Shown: positions 48,438 to 58,817 of the stretch, in pieces
Position numbering within the stretch: position 1 is the first letter of the stretch
Layout of the letters: each line of letters starts with the position of its first letter
Assembly: GCA_963783305.1 (NCBI GenBank)
Contig: CAWAMW010000015.1
Span: 32,001-96,000 of the forward strand
Length of the DNA: 64,000 nucleotides
Reading direction: 5' to 3'
Source of the DNA: an uncultured Gemmatimonadales bacterium
GTDB taxonomy: Bacteria > Gemmatimonadota > Gemmatimonadetes > Longimicrobiales > RSA9
Program-made: the position numbers and the translations under genes
Notes under the pieces: generated by a model
Seen by the model: only the letters and a program-made list of their open reading frames with translations
Database searches by the model: none
What the model was told of the DNA's origin: nothing

Positions 48438-51146
48438 ATGGACAGGCATCGCGCCATGAAGCGCCTCCTCCCGGTGGGGATCGGACCGCTGAGACTCGGG
48501 GCCGCTGAGCGGTTCGCGCTTCGCGTTGCTCTGCTTTTCGGCGTGTTCGGGGTGGCCTGGATATTCCTGTCCGACCATCTGGTCAATGCTCGCCTGGTTC
48601 CGCTGGACGCCGCCGCGGTCCAGACCTTCAAGGGCCTCCTGTTCGTGGCGCTCTCCGCGTCCCTGATCTTCGCCGTCTCCCGGCACGGCTATCGGAGCCT
48701 CGCGTTCGTGGCACAGCGGCTCGCGGACGTACAGCGCCTGTCCCACACCGGGGACTGGTCCCTGGACACCGGGACGGGCGAGATCCGCGCCTCCGACGAG
48801 CTCCACCGCATCTACGGCCGCGAGCCGCAGGACGGTCCGCTCTCCAGTGAGGTGATGCACGACGCGATTCACGCCGAGGACAGGGAGTGGGTCGTGGAGA
48901 CGATTAGCGCTGGTATGGCCAGCGTCAGCGAGTACGAGGTGGAGCACCGGATCGTCCGACCGGATGGCAGTGTTCGATTCGTGCATTCGCGCGGGGAACC
49001 CTGGTGGCGTGCCGACGGCTCGGTGGGCGGTATCTGCGGAACCGTGCACGACATCACGGTACGGCACGAAGCGGAAGCGGCTCTGCGCCGGAGGGTCGAA
49101 ATCGAGGGAGCGCTGGCGCGAATCTCGTCGGTGCTGGCGTCGGGAGCCGCGGACGCCCTGGACCAGACCCTTCAGGTGATTGGCCCCCTGCTCGCCACCA
49201 GTCGCGCCGGGATCTACCTGTTCAGCGACGATCGGCGATCCCTGGCCGCGGCGCACGAATGGTGCGCTCCGGGAGTGGCTTCCCTTCGGTCGAGGCTCCA
49301 GGGCGTGCCCGTGGAGAGGCTTCCGTGGTGGCTGGGCCAGGTCAACGCCGGCGATGCCATCCGCTACGCCGATGTGGACGAGCTGCCGGACTCCGCCCAG
49401 AAGGAGAAGGCCTTTTTCGTGGCCCACGGGGTCCGCAGTGTGGTCGCGCTGCCGCTCGAGGGGCGCGATCCCGTCTCCGGTTTTCTGGGCCTTCACAGCC
49501 ACGCGCCCCGGCGGTGGACCGATCCGGAAATCGAGTTGCTGAGGCTGGTGGCGCGTACGGTCGCCACGGAGCTCGAACGGCGGCGAGCGGAGGAGCGCTT
49601 GCGGTTCCTTTCCAGGGCCGTGGAGCAGAGCCCTGCCTCCATCATGATCACCGACCTCACCGGCGCCATCGTCTACGTCAACCCGAAGTTCTGTGCGGTC
49701 ACGGGCTACCGCTCGGACGAGGTGCTGGGCAGGAACCCGCGCCTCCTCCAGTCCGGCGTCCACCCGCCCTCATTCTACGAGGAGCTGTGGCGCACCATTA
49801 CCGCCGGGCAGGAGTGGCGGGGCGAGCTGCGGAACCGGCGGAAGAGCGGCGAGACCTTCCTCGAGGTCGTGGCGATCTCACCGGTGGTGGGCATGGACGG
49901 CGAGGTGACCCACTTCGTGGCGGTGAAGGAGGACGTGACGGAGAGCCGTGTGCTCCAGAAGAAGTTCGAGGAATCGCAGAAGATGGAAGCGGTGGGACGG
50001 CTTGCGGGAGGGATCGCCCACGACTTCAACAATGTCCTCACGGCCATTGGCGGGCACGCGCGCCTGATGCTCGACGAGGTCACTCCGACCCACCCGCTGC
50101 GCGACGATGTGGAGGAGATCGTCTCGGCGTCCGACCGGGCCGCTGGTGTGATCCGTCAGCTTCTACTCTTCAGCCGCCGCGCCAGCAGCAACCCGACTGT
50201 GGTGGACCTGAAGCATGCGGTGGACGGCATACGCCGGATGCTGAAGCGTCTGCTGGGCGAGGACGTGCGGCTGCTGGTGGAGGCGGTCGGGGAAGCGAGC
50301 GCGGTCCGCGCCGACCGGTCGCAGATCGACCAGATCCTGATGAACCTGGTGATCAACGCCAGGGATGCCATGCCCGCCGGCGGCACGCTGCAGATCCAGC
50401 TGGAGCGGGTGGAGCTTCGTCCCGAAGACGTCGAGGAGCGGGAGGCGCTGCGACCCGGCCCGCACGTCCGGCTCAGCGTCGCCGACACCGGGACCGGGAT
50501 TGAGCCGGAAGTGCAGGAGCACCTGTTCGAGCCGTTCTTCACCACGAAGGATCCGGGCAAGGGGACGGGTCTCGGTCTGGCGACGGTCTTCGGGATGGTC
50601 CGGGAGAACGACGGCCACATCGAGGTGCAGAGTGATCTCGGTCGGGGCAGCACGTTCACCATCTACTTTCCCGAGGTCCCGCTCCTGAGCACTGGTCCGG
50701 TGACGGGGCCACCGGGAGAGGCCGGCGCGCCCGGCGGAAGCGAGCCGGAATCGACCGACCGAGCCCCCGTGGTTCTCGTGGCGGAGGACGAATCGGCCGT
50801 TCGCGCGCTGGTGCGGCGCGTGCTCATTCGTCAGGGATACGAGGTTCTCGAGGCATGCGATGGCGCGGAGGCCGAGTACGTCTCCGACACCTATAACGGT
50901 CGGATCGACCTGCTCCTGACCGATACCGTCATGCCCGGGTTGCGGGGCCCGGAGGTGGCTCGGCGGCTGAACATGAGCCGACCCGAGCTCAGCATCCTCT
51001 TCATGAGCGGCTACACCTTCGACGAAGCGACCGTCCACACCATTCCGGACGGTGCCCCATTCCTCGCCAAGCCGTTCACGCCCGAAGCGCTGCACCGTGC
51101 GGTACAGGATGCGCTCGTAGCGGGAAAGACCTCGTCCAGCGGCTGA
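48438..51146 (+). CDS. PAS/GAF hybrid sensor histidine kinase-response regulator
   Basis: Two TM segments, PAS, GAF, PAS, GIAHDFNNVL H-box, NARDAM, GTGLGL, receiver EDE..TDTVMP..KPF. Confidence 0.95.
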   Translation: MDRHRAMKRLLPVGIGPLRLGAAERFALRVALLFGVFGVAWIFLSDHLVNARLVPLDAAAVQTFKGLLFVALSASLIFAVSRHGYRSLAFVAQRLADVQRLSHTGDWSLDTGTGEIRASDELHRIYGREPQDGPLSSEVMHDAIHAEDREWVVETISAGMASVSEYEVEHRIVRPDGSVRFVHSRGEPWWRADGSVGGICGTVHDITVRHEAEAALRRRVEIEGALARISSVLASGAADALDQTLQVIGPLLATSRAGIYLFSDDRRSLAAAHEWCAPGVASLRSRLQGVPVERLPWWLGQVNAGDAIRYADVDELPDSAQKEKAFFVAHGVRSVVALPLEGRDPVSGFLGLHSHAPRRWTDPEIELLRLVARTVATELERRRAEERLRFLSRAVEQSPASIMITDLTGAIVYVNPKFCAVTGYRSDEVLGRNPRLLQSGVHPPSFYEELWRTITAGQEWRGELRNRRKSGETFLEVVAISPVVGMDGEVTHFVAVKEDVTESRVLQKKFEESQKMEAVGRLAGGIAHDFNNVLTAIGGHARLMLDEVTPTHPLRDDVEEIVSASDRAAGVIRQLLLFSRRASSNPTVVDLKHAVDGIRRMLKRLLGEDVRLLVEAVGEASAVRADRSQIDQILMNLVINARDAMPAGGTLQIQLERVELRPEDVEEREALRPGPHVRLSVADTGTGIEPEVQEHLFEPFFTTKDPGKGTGLGLATVFGMVRENDGHIEVQSDLGRGSTFTIYFPEVPLLSTGPVTGPPGEAGAPGGSEPESTDRAPVVLVAEDESAVRALVRRVLIRQGYEVLEACDGAEAEYVSDTYNGRIDLLLTDTVMPGLRGPEVARRLNMSRPELSILFMSGYTFDEATVHTIPDGAPFLAKPFTPEALHRAVQDALVAGKTSSSG

Positions 51147-51152
51147 GCCCGT

Positions 51153-53018
51153 TCAGGGCAGCTCGGGCTCTACGTCCAGACCGCCGTCCGCCGCCCCCAT
51201 CGCCGCCCCCATCGCCGCCGCCATGTACACAAGGTTGGCGCTGCCATCCATGATCGGCTCGTTGGTGGAGTAGTCGCCGAAGTCGTCGTGGTAGACGATA
51301 GGGCCGGTATTGAGGGCCTCGTAGCGGTCGGGCCGGTAGAGTTGGATGTACATGAGGTTCTCGTAGATCGACCGATAGACGGGGCCGTCGACGAGGCCGC
51401 CGAGCTGAGTGGCCGGCCCCATCTCCCGAGCGATCACCGAATGCGGGTCGTCGGTGCTGTTCCCGTTGCCCGGGTAGCCGATGACCATGGATGCGCCCCA
51501 CGGATTCGCCCCGAAGATCCAGTCGATCGCGGCCTGCTCATACGTCCGGAACGTGGTGTCACCGGTCATCCGCCGGTACAGGTAGGCCTGTGTGGCGAAA
51601 GAAGCCATCAGGTCGTTGGAGCACCAGATGAACGGAATGCCGATCCGAAAGCCGTTGTCGGCCCGCTCCGCCACCCGCTCCAGACCCTCGCGGTAGAAGT
51701 CGGACATGAGGCGCCGCACCTCCGGATCGCCCTCTCTCCACACCTGGTAGTGGCCGTAATTGTGCCAAGGGTACCACTGGTAGTGCCGCGCCGTGTCCTG
51801 CCCCATCCAGGGGGTGACGGGCTCCTCGCGGGCGTACTCCACGGCCTCCCGCAGATAGCGCTCCTCGCCGGTCAGGTCGTGGAGCTGAGCGGCCGCAAGC
51901 TCCATGTCATCGACCCAATTGTCCTCCTCATAGAAATACGGAGCGCGAGCCGGGGCGGTCTGGCACACGCCCGGGTGGCGCCGACCCAGCTCGTAGGCGG
52001 AGAGCGCCCGGGAGCGCAGCGTGTCCGCGAGCGTCGGGTCCCGATCGGCGATGAGGACGGCGCCGAGAGCCATGGCCGATGTGAATTTGCCGGCCGTGGA
52101 CGCGAGCCCATCCGAGCGGTTCTGGTGCTCGAAGAGGCCCTGCGGCCGGCCGGTGCACGGGTACACGGGCCGGTACCCGCCCTTGCCCCAGCCGTAATCG
52201 GCGGAGTCGGTGGTGGGTAGAGACCAGGTGAGGTGGTCTCGGTCGTCGGCGATCTGGTTCAGCAGAAGGTCAGGCTCGGGATGCATGGCCACCAGCCACT
52301 CCAGTCCGTGGCGGGCCTCGTCCAGCACGTCCGGAATCCCGTTCGAGCCTGGCGTTCCATCCGCACGGTGGAGGTCACCGAACGCGTCGGGGTGATCGCG
52401 GTAGGCGGCGAGAAGCGAATAGGTGGCGGTGGCGGAGGTGGCAACGTACTGGAGGTAGTCGGCGGCGTCGTGCCAGCCGCCCGCGACCGGAATGAACTCC
52501 CCCGCCCTGGGATGATCCACGAGGATCCCGTCGGTCCGGTGGTGGACGGAATCCATGAAGAGCGGGTTGTATCCCGACCGCTGCTGCCGCATGTACATGA
52601 GGAGCGTATCGGCCGCGCCGGCGTACGCGTCCGCCGCGACCCGGACCCGCCGGGAGGTCACACCACCCGCGGACAGCCGGTAGGTTCCCGGGCGTCGCAG
52701 CGACGAGAAGTCCAGCCGATGGGTCACGGCGCAGGGGCCGAACCCCGGCGCCCGCTCCGCGGGACCCTCGAGTGCCACGCTCCCGTCCTCGTCGACAACC
52801 GAGAACGAGTCGACCTCCTCCTCCTCGATCGAGCAGACCACGGCCACCTTCGGACCGTCCGGGAGGTAGCCGACCTGGTTGACCCTGATGAAGCTCGTTA
52901 CGGCCGTATGGGCGCCCGCGTCAACGGGAGCCGCGGTCGCGGGATCCGCCGGTGGTGCGCACGCGCTCATGGCCAGGAGCGCCATGAGGCAGGTGCGTGA
53001 GACAGAGCGCTGCTTCAC
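51153..53018 (-). CDS. glycoside hydrolase family 9 lipoprotein
   Basis: IRVNQVGY, GGWHDAADY, DWIFGANPWG, DYSTNEP. Confidence 0.9.
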   Translation of the reverse strand: MKQRSVSRTCLMALLAMSACAPPADPATAAPVDAGAHTAVTSFIRVNQVGYLPDGPKVAVVCSIEEEEVDSFSVVDEDGSVALEGPAERAPGFGPCAVTHRLDFSSLRRPGTYRLSAGGVTSRRVRVAADAYAGAADTLLMYMRQQRSGYNPLFMDSVHHRTDGILVDHPRAGEFIPVAGGWHDAADYLQYVATSATATYSLLAAYRDHPDAFGDLHRADGTPGSNGIPDVLDEARHGLEWLVAMHPEPDLLLNQIADDRDHLTWSLPTTDSADYGWGKGGYRPVYPCTGRPQGLFEHQNRSDGLASTAGKFTSAMALGAVLIADRDPTLADTLRSRALSAYELGRRHPGVCQTAPARAPYFYEEDNWVDDMELAAAQLHDLTGEERYLREAVEYAREEPVTPWMGQDTARHYQWYPWHNYGHYQVWREGDPEVRRLMSDFYREGLERVAERADNGFRIGIPFIWCSNDLMASFATQAYLYRRMTGDTTFRTYEQAAIDWIFGANPWGASMVIGYPGNGNSTDDPHSVIAREMGPATQLGGLVDGPVYRSIYENLMYIQLYRPDRYEALNTGPIVYHDDFGDYSTNEPIMDGSANLVYMAAAMGAAMGAADGGLDVEPELP

Positions 53019-53887
53019 TCCGGTCGGGCCTTCCGCATCAGCTCGCGGGTCTCACGCTCCAGCAGGCTCGGGTAGGTGTATTCCAGGTCCCGGCCGACCA
53101 TGCGGGCGGCGTGGCTGAACAGGTCGGCCATGGCGTCCAGCGCGTCGGCGTGGCTGCGGAGGGTCTGGCTGGCATAGGTGGTATCGAGTGCCTCGCGTTG
53201 GTCCGGCTCCAGGAGCCAGCGCAGCCCGCTGCCCCGCACACCCACGCTCTGCTCCCACTGTCGGTTCACCTGGACGTACCACTCCAGCATGGGGAGCAGG
53301 CAGCGGTAGCGGAGGACGGTCTCGAGACTGTAGCGCGCGGGCAGAAGCTCACCGCGGCCGACCCACTTGGCCACGTACAGCGATTCCCACCAGAACTCTT
53401 CCACCACCGCCCGGTACTCCGCTTCACTGGGTGGGCGCGGCACGTAGGCGGCGGCTGAAGGGGGGCGGAGCCGCTCGGCGATCCCGTCGCGGTCGAGCAG
53501 CACCCGGTAGCCGGCGGCGAGCCAGTCGGGCAGGCTTTCCTGCTCGGCGATCCGGCGGAGTAGCTCGATCCGGGACAGGGTGAAATCGATCCGATGACCG
53601 CCTCGGTACTGGACCAGACGCACCGGCACCGGCTCGCCACGGTGCTCACCGGTCTCCCGGAAAATGAGGAGCGGCCGACCGAATGCCTCGAGCCAGTCAT
53701 CCCGTTCGGGGAGGCGGCTCCCCTGCTCCAGGAAGAGGACGAAATCGTGATCGGAGAGCCCGTCCCGCGCCCCCTGCGGCGACCCCCTCGATCCCACCAG
53801 CAGGGCCGCGCGCACGTCCAGCGCGCCGGCGGCCCACTCCACGACCTTCGCCTCGACCGCGTCGAGGGATGATTCCTCGTGTTTCAT
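53015..53887 (-). CDS. aminoglycoside 6-adenylyltransferase family nucleotidyltransferase
   Basis: GSR...DGLSDHD, RIDFTL, VLLDRDG, EEFWW, MLEWY pattern of the AadK/AadE family. Confidence 0.85.
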   Translation of the reverse strand: MKHEESSLDAVEAKVVEWAAGALDVRAALLVGSRGSPQGARDGLSDHDFVLFLEQGSRLPERDDWLEAFGRPLLIFRETGEHRGEPVPVRLVQYRGGHRIDFTLSRIELLRRIAEQESLPDWLAAGYRVLLDRDGIAERLRPPSAAAYVPRPPSEAEYRAVVEEFWWESLYVAKWVGRGELLPARYSLETVLRYRCLLPMLEWYVQVNRQWEQSVGVRGSGLRWLLEPDQREALDTTYASQTLRSHADALDAMADLFSHAARMVGRDLEYTYPSLLERETRELMRKARPE

Positions 53888-53959
53888 GGCTGCACTCCCT
53901 GGGCAATGGCCATCGCACCGGCCAACATAGCCGGTCGATGGGGGCCGGTCACGGGCACA

Positions 53960-56209
53960 CTACCGCCGGCCCGGCCGGTACTCGCGGATGGTGGCGGACC
54001 GGACCTCCTCCGGGGTGAACGCCACGGGCTTCATGTGGTTCTCCGTGAAGAGTCGAAGCTGATCGTTGAAGTGCGGCGAGTCCGCGCGGTTGCTCTGCCC
54101 GTAGGCAAGGACGGAGTACGCCCGCGGGACCTCGCCGAACTCCACGGCGAGCACCCAGCCATCGCCGCCGCGGACCTGGAGCCGCCGCGGATCCTCGTCG
54201 TGGTCCACGAACCAGAGGACGCGGAAACACCCCAGTGCGCCCGCACAGCCGCCCACCGGGAGGTCCAGCTCGCCGATCCGGGCGCGGTGCACCGCGCCCC
54301 AGGGGAGGTCCCATCCCCCGTAGCGACGCGTCGCCTCGCTCACCGCCCACCGGAACGCCTCCACCGCGCGATCGGGGTCCGCGAGGCCGCGGGGCGTGTC
54401 CAGCGGCCGCTCCGGGGACCACGGCACCTCGAAGAGGGATCCCGCCGTGGCGTCGAACCCGGACGACGCCGGCGACCCGGGCGCCGCCTCTCCACCTTCC
54501 ACGTAGCGCCACCACCACGTCTTGAACAGCACGCCGCCGCGGCTCTCGCGCGCCACCGTGCCGTCCCACGTGTCGATGAGGGCGATCGCGTCGGCCACCT
54601 CCCCGGCGGGAGCGGCGGCGCGGACGGCGGCCACCAGGTCATCCTTCACCCGGTCGGCGAGCAGCATCCGCATGCTGTGCTTCCGCTCCACCACGTCCTC
54701 GAGGGAGAGGATCTCCTCGGTTCCGATCAGCTGGAGCGAGAGCTGGCTCCGCAAACGCAGCCGGGGTGCGGGGTAGTGGGCGGGGAAGTCGTCGGCATCC
54801 AGGAGTGCGGCGAGGTTCGTGTAGTGGAACTCGTCGTTCTCGTTGTGCAGGTATCCGCCGGGGGGGTTCAGCAGCTGGGGAAGTGAGTCCCACGGCACGA
54901 GGCGGGTTCCGATCTCAGCCCGGCTGGTGACCGCCACCGCCGCGGTGTCCCCCCCGGACACATGGGGAAGCACCGGTATGGTGGCGTTCCAGACGTAGAA
55001 GATGTTCCCGTCCGCGTCGGCGTATGTGAAGTTCGAGGAGGTGTGGCCCCGGAGCCGCATGGCCTGCTTCCACTCGTTCAGCGAGGTGGCCTGCAGCATC
55101 CGGAGGAACTGCTCGCCGGCACGGAAGCCCCCCTCGTAGGCGGTGCTGAGGACGTGGATCATTCCGCCGCCCTGATGGATCACGGGGCCGAACGGGGTGG
55201 TGAGGAACTCCCTCGACTCGACCCCGACCTCGTCCCCGTCCCTGAACTCCACCAGGACCGTTTCGCGCTCGATGGGGCTCGAGACGCCGTCCAGGATGTA
55301 GTGGTCCGGACGGTGGGGATCGAGGGCCAGGGCGTAGATCTCGTCCAGGTCCGGGGCGTTGTTCGTGGTGCTCCAGCCCAGGTGACGATTGAACCCGCCG
55401 ATGGTACCAAAGGGCCCGCCCACCCGGAAGTCGCCGTAGAAGTCCAACGATCCCGGCACGGTCACGTGGGCCTCGTAGTAGCCGGCGCCCCAGGAGAGGT
55501 GCGGGTTGCGGACCAGGATGGCGCGCCCGGAGGTGGTACGCTCCGGCGCCAGCGCCCAGGTGTTCGATCCGGCATCCGGGTGCGGCTCGGGGGCGGCCGC
55601 GGCCAGACGCCGCCACATCTCGGTCGCGTTCGACGAGCCGTCCCCGGTCCGTTCCTGGGCCCCGCTCCGCTCCCGCTCCAACCGCTCCAGGAACCGACGC
55701 GCGCTCCGGGGGCTCGCTCCGGTGATGCTGAGCGCGTGGATGTCGCGCCCGTCGAACGTCGGTCGGACCCAGGATGGGAAGAACGACGGGTTCAGCTCGA
55801 TGTAACGGTTCACGCCGGCCGCGAACCCCTCGAGGACGTCGCGGGTGTCGGCGCTTATGAGCGGGTAGGTCTCCACCGCCCGGTCGTGGCGGCGACGGCT
55901 GAGCGCGTCCCCATCGATGGCCTCGGGGCCGGTGTACCGCGACCATTCGCCCCGGGCCCGGATCAGCCCTTCCACGACGTCCATGCCGTAGTCCTCGAGC
56001 TGCACCCAGCCCATGCCGTACCCGGCGGCCCTCAGATTCTCCGCCTCGATGTGGGGCACACCGTAGGCCGTGCGCCGAATCACCACCTGCTCGGAAAGGT
56101 CTACGGTGGCGCCCTGCGCGGGCATCTCCCGGCCGGGGGAGCCCGTCGCGCACGCGGCGGTCAGGACGGAAAGAGCAAGGGCGAGAGCCCGCACCGGGCG
56201 ATAGGACAT
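53960..56209 (-). CDS. penicillin acylase family (S45) Ntn hydrolase, lipoprotein
   Basis: IRRTAYGVPHI, GSNTWAL (N-terminal Ser of beta chain), NPHL, YGQS..DSPHFNDQ. Confidence 0.92.
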   Translation of the reverse strand: MSYRPVRALALALSVLTAACATGSPGREMPAQGATVDLSEQVVIRRTAYGVPHIEAENLRAAGYGMGWVQLEDYGMDVVEGLIRARGEWSRYTGPEAIDGDALSRRRHDRAVETYPLISADTRDVLEGFAAGVNRYIELNPSFFPSWVRPTFDGRDIHALSITGASPRSARRFLERLERERSGAQERTGDGSSNATEMWRRLAAAAPEPHPDAGSNTWALAPERTTSGRAILVRNPHLSWGAGYYEAHVTVPGSLDFYGDFRVGGPFGTIGGFNRHLGWSTTNNAPDLDEIYALALDPHRPDHYILDGVSSPIERETVLVEFRDGDEVGVESREFLTTPFGPVIHQGGGMIHVLSTAYEGGFRAGEQFLRMLQATSLNEWKQAMRLRGHTSSNFTYADADGNIFYVWNATIPVLPHVSGGDTAAVAVTSRAEIGTRLVPWDSLPQLLNPPGGYLHNENDEFHYTNLAALLDADDFPAHYPAPRLRLRSQLSLQLIGTEEILSLEDVVERKHSMRMLLADRVKDDLVAAVRAAAPAGEVADAIALIDTWDGTVARESRGGVLFKTWWWRYVEGGEAAPGSPASSGFDATAGSLFEVPWSPERPLDTPRGLADPDRAVEAFRWAVSEATRRYGGWDLPWGAVHRARIGELDLPVGGCAGALGCFRVLWFVDHDEDPRRLQVRGGDGWVLAVEFGEVPRAYSVLAYGQSNRADSPHFNDQLRLFTENHMKPVAFTPEEVRSATIREYRPGRR

Positions 56210-56326
56210 CAAGAACTCCTCGTGGACGCTGCGTCGCGTGGGACCCGATCACTACTCGGTCCCCGCAATTGGCCGCCTCGAGGCGGCCGCGTCAACGGTG
56301 CGGCGCCGGGCCGGTGCGCCGGCCGG

Positions 56327-56779
56327 TCAGCTTTCGGTCAGCTCGTCGATGGCCGCGCGCACCGGGCCCGGGATGGAGGCCCGACGCCGGGCGCCATAGT
56401 CGTACGACACGACTACGCCCACGCCTTCCGCGACGATTTCGCCCGTTGACTGGCTCAGCACCCGATAGGTCTGGGTGAAGCGGTCGTCCGCCACCGCCGT
56501 CGTCCGGACGGCCACGGTCACGGTGTCGGGAAACTCGACGGGGCGCCGGAAACGACAGCCGGTGGAGGCGAGGATGGGGCCGACGCCGCCGGCATGGCCG
56601 CCCGCGGTGAAGCCGATCGCCTCCAGGAAAGCGATACGACCGGTCTCGAACCAGCGGAAGAAGACGGTGTTGTTCACGTGGGCGAAGGCGTCCATGTCGC
56701 CCCACGCCACGGGAATGTCTACGCGAATGGGGTACCCGGCGATCGCGTCGGTCCCCTGACGACCCTCAGGTGGCGCCAC
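56327..56779 (-). CDS. acyl-CoA thioesterase (hotdog fold)
   Basis: WGDMDAFAHVNNTVFFRWFETGR. Confidence 0.92.
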   Translation of the reverse strand: MAPPEGRQGTDAIAGYPIRVDIPVAWGDMDAFAHVNNTVFFRWFETGRIAFLEAIGFTAGGHAGGVGPILASTGCRFRRPVEFPDTVTVAVRTTAVADDRFTQTYRVLSQSTGEIVAEGVGVVVSYDYGARRRASIPGPVRAAIDELTES

Positions 56780-57761
56780 GTCCGGACTCCCTCAGGGCCT
56801 GCGAGAGCCCCTGCCCACCCACGACGTGGCCGCCGAAGTCCAGTGTGCGGATCGGGAACGGGATGGTGATGTCGGCGCGATCGAACGCCGCCTTGATCGA
56901 CATGATGGCCTCGCTCCGCGCGCTGAGGAAATCCACCTGGCGGCTGAAGCGGATCCAGAACCGGATCTGGAAGTTGATGGAGCTGTCGCCGAACTCCTCG
57001 TAGAAGAGGTCCACGGGCTGGTTCGGATCGCGCAACTCCAGCGCTTCCAGCGCCTCGATGGCGACTCGACGGGCCTTTTCCAGGTCGTCCCCGTACGCCA
57101 CTCCCACCGCGATGTCCACCCGCCGGCGGCCGGACTGTGAGTAGTTGATCAGCGGGTTCTTGAACACCATGGCGTTCGGGATGAGCACCCGCTGCCCCTG
57201 GAAGGTGCGGATCGTCGTCGCCCGCAGCTGAACGCGCTCGACGATCCCCTCGTAATCGTTGCTCGAGACGATGTCACCCTCGGTGAACTGGTCCTGTACG
57301 TTCAGAACCACGCCGGCGATGAAGTTCTCTGCGATGTCCTGGAACGCGAAGCCCAGCGCCAATCCCAGGATCCCGGCACCGGCCAGCAGCGAGGTGACGG
57401 TGCGGTCGAGGTTCAGGGCGCCCAGCGCCAGGACCAGGCCGATGCCGATCACGACCACGTACGCCGCGCCCGCGGCCAGGCGGCTGACCTCCGGCTGGTG
57501 CGCCAGACGGTCCACCACCCGCGACACGATTCCGCGCGCGAGCCGCGCCAGCCCCCAGAAGGCGACCAGTACGAGGATCGCCGCGAGGATGTTCGGCAGG
57601 CTCTCGATCAGGCCATACGTCCAGACGGTGACCTTGTCCCACGCGTCGGTGAGCGCCGCGTTGACGTCCACCACCGCGCTGGTGGTGTCCGGGGCGGCGC
57701 CGTTCGACGAAGCTGCTTCCTGCAATCTGTACATGGGGATCGACTGGCTCCACTCGTTCAT
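56766..57761 (-). CDS. small-conductance mechanosensitive channel (MscS family)
   Basis: GLALGFAFQDIAENFIAG, IPN, VGVAYGDD, ITIPFP. Confidence 0.92.
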   Translation of the reverse strand: MNEWSQSIPMYRLQEAASSNGAAPDTTSAVVDVNAALTDAWDKVTVWTYGLIESLPNILAAILVLVAFWGLARLARGIVSRVVDRLAHQPEVSRLAAGAAYVVVIGIGLVLALGALNLDRTVTSLLAGAGILGLALGFAFQDIAENFIAGVVLNVQDQFTEGDIVSSNDYEGIVERVQLRATTIRTFQGQRVLIPNAMVFKNPLINYSQSGRRRVDIAVGVAYGDDLEKARRVAIEALEALELRDPNQPVDLFYEEFGDSSINFQIRFWIRFSRQVDFLSARSEAIMSIKAAFDRADITIPFPIRTLDFGGHVVGGQGLSQALRESGRGAT

Positions 57762-57970
57762 TCGGTTCGCACGCTAACCTAGAACGGTGGCCGCGGAGCC
57801 ACAAACCCGGCGACTGAAACGATTGCGCCAACCCGCTGGGGCGTCTAGTCATTCGAGGCGGGCGCCACTCCGACCCCGAACCCGACCGCCGACGCCCGAG
57901 GAGCAGCCGTGGCCATCCGGATCGTCCGCCTGGTGACAATGGCGAGGGCGAGGGGCACTGGGGAGATCAC

Positions 57971-58318
57971 ATGACGAGCCTGGCTGGAAAGCTGCAGATG
58001 ACGGAGGCGCCGATCCGCATCGTGGACGCGCCTCCGGAGTTGGATCTGGGGATCCCCACCGCGGTTGACGCCGCCGGGCTCCTTGTCTTCGTCCGGAACC
58101 GCCTGGAGCTGCTCGCCCGGCGCGGCGAGGTCCTGCAGACGGCCCGCAGCGGCCACCTTTGCTGGATCGCGTACCCCAAGGGCGGACAGCTCGGCACGGA
58201 CCTCAACCGCGACACGCTCTGGAAGGAGCTGCACAGCAAGGGGGTCCGCCCGGTCCGGCAGGTTTCCATCGACAGCATCTGGAGCGCGCTGCGGTTCCGG
58301 CCCACGCCAGACGCCTGA
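57971..58318 (+). CDS. hypothetical protein (DUF3052-like)
   Basis: GGGAG RBS; WIAYPK...TDLNRD...QVSIDSIWSALRFR. Confidence 0.75.
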   Translation: MTSLAGKLQMTEAPIRIVDAPPELDLGIPTAVDAAGLLVFVRNRLELLARRGEVLQTARSGHLCWIAYPKGGQLGTDLNRDTLWKELHSKGVRPVRQVSIDSIWSALRFRPTPDA

Positions 58319-58474
58319 GCCCCCCGGCCGACGCCCGGGCCCAGCCGCGGCCGAACTGGACCGGGCCGTCGTAGCTCTCGCCGGCCTCGGGAACGGACGC
58401 GCAGCAGGCGACGCCAACCACTGTGAGCAGAAGCAGTGCGCGCATGAGCTCGGCCCGAGACCCCACGTTCGTCA

Positions 58475-58740
58475 TCATAACGTTCGAGCTCCTGACCCTG
58501 TGGGTTCAAGAGTGGCCCCTCGGGAAAACGGCTGAAGCGCAGCCGGATCCGCACCCGCGCGGCGCACCCGGGCCTGGTCGATCACGCCTTTCAGGGTGAC
58601 GCCGCCTCCAACGCCGCCGAACAGGACCGTCAGGACCAGCGCGTCACTCGCCACCGCGAAAGTGGAGCCGCCGCCGTGACCGCCACGAACAGCGATGCCA
58701 TGGCACCAATCACCGGACCTAACCGCTTCCACTCGCTCAT
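58475..58740 (-). pseudogene. probable frameshifted small membrane protein
   Basis: RBS-ATG frame gives MSEWKRLGPVIGAMASLFVAVTAAA then stops at 58630; a second hydrophobic helix (ALVLTVLFGGVGGGVTLKGVI) continues in another frame. Confidence 0.4.
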
Positions 58741-58817
58741 GATCGCTCCGGATTAGGGGGCTGACCCGGTTCCCGGCCCGGGGTCACGGAAACATGTCCC
58801 CGGGGCGGCCCGACCTG

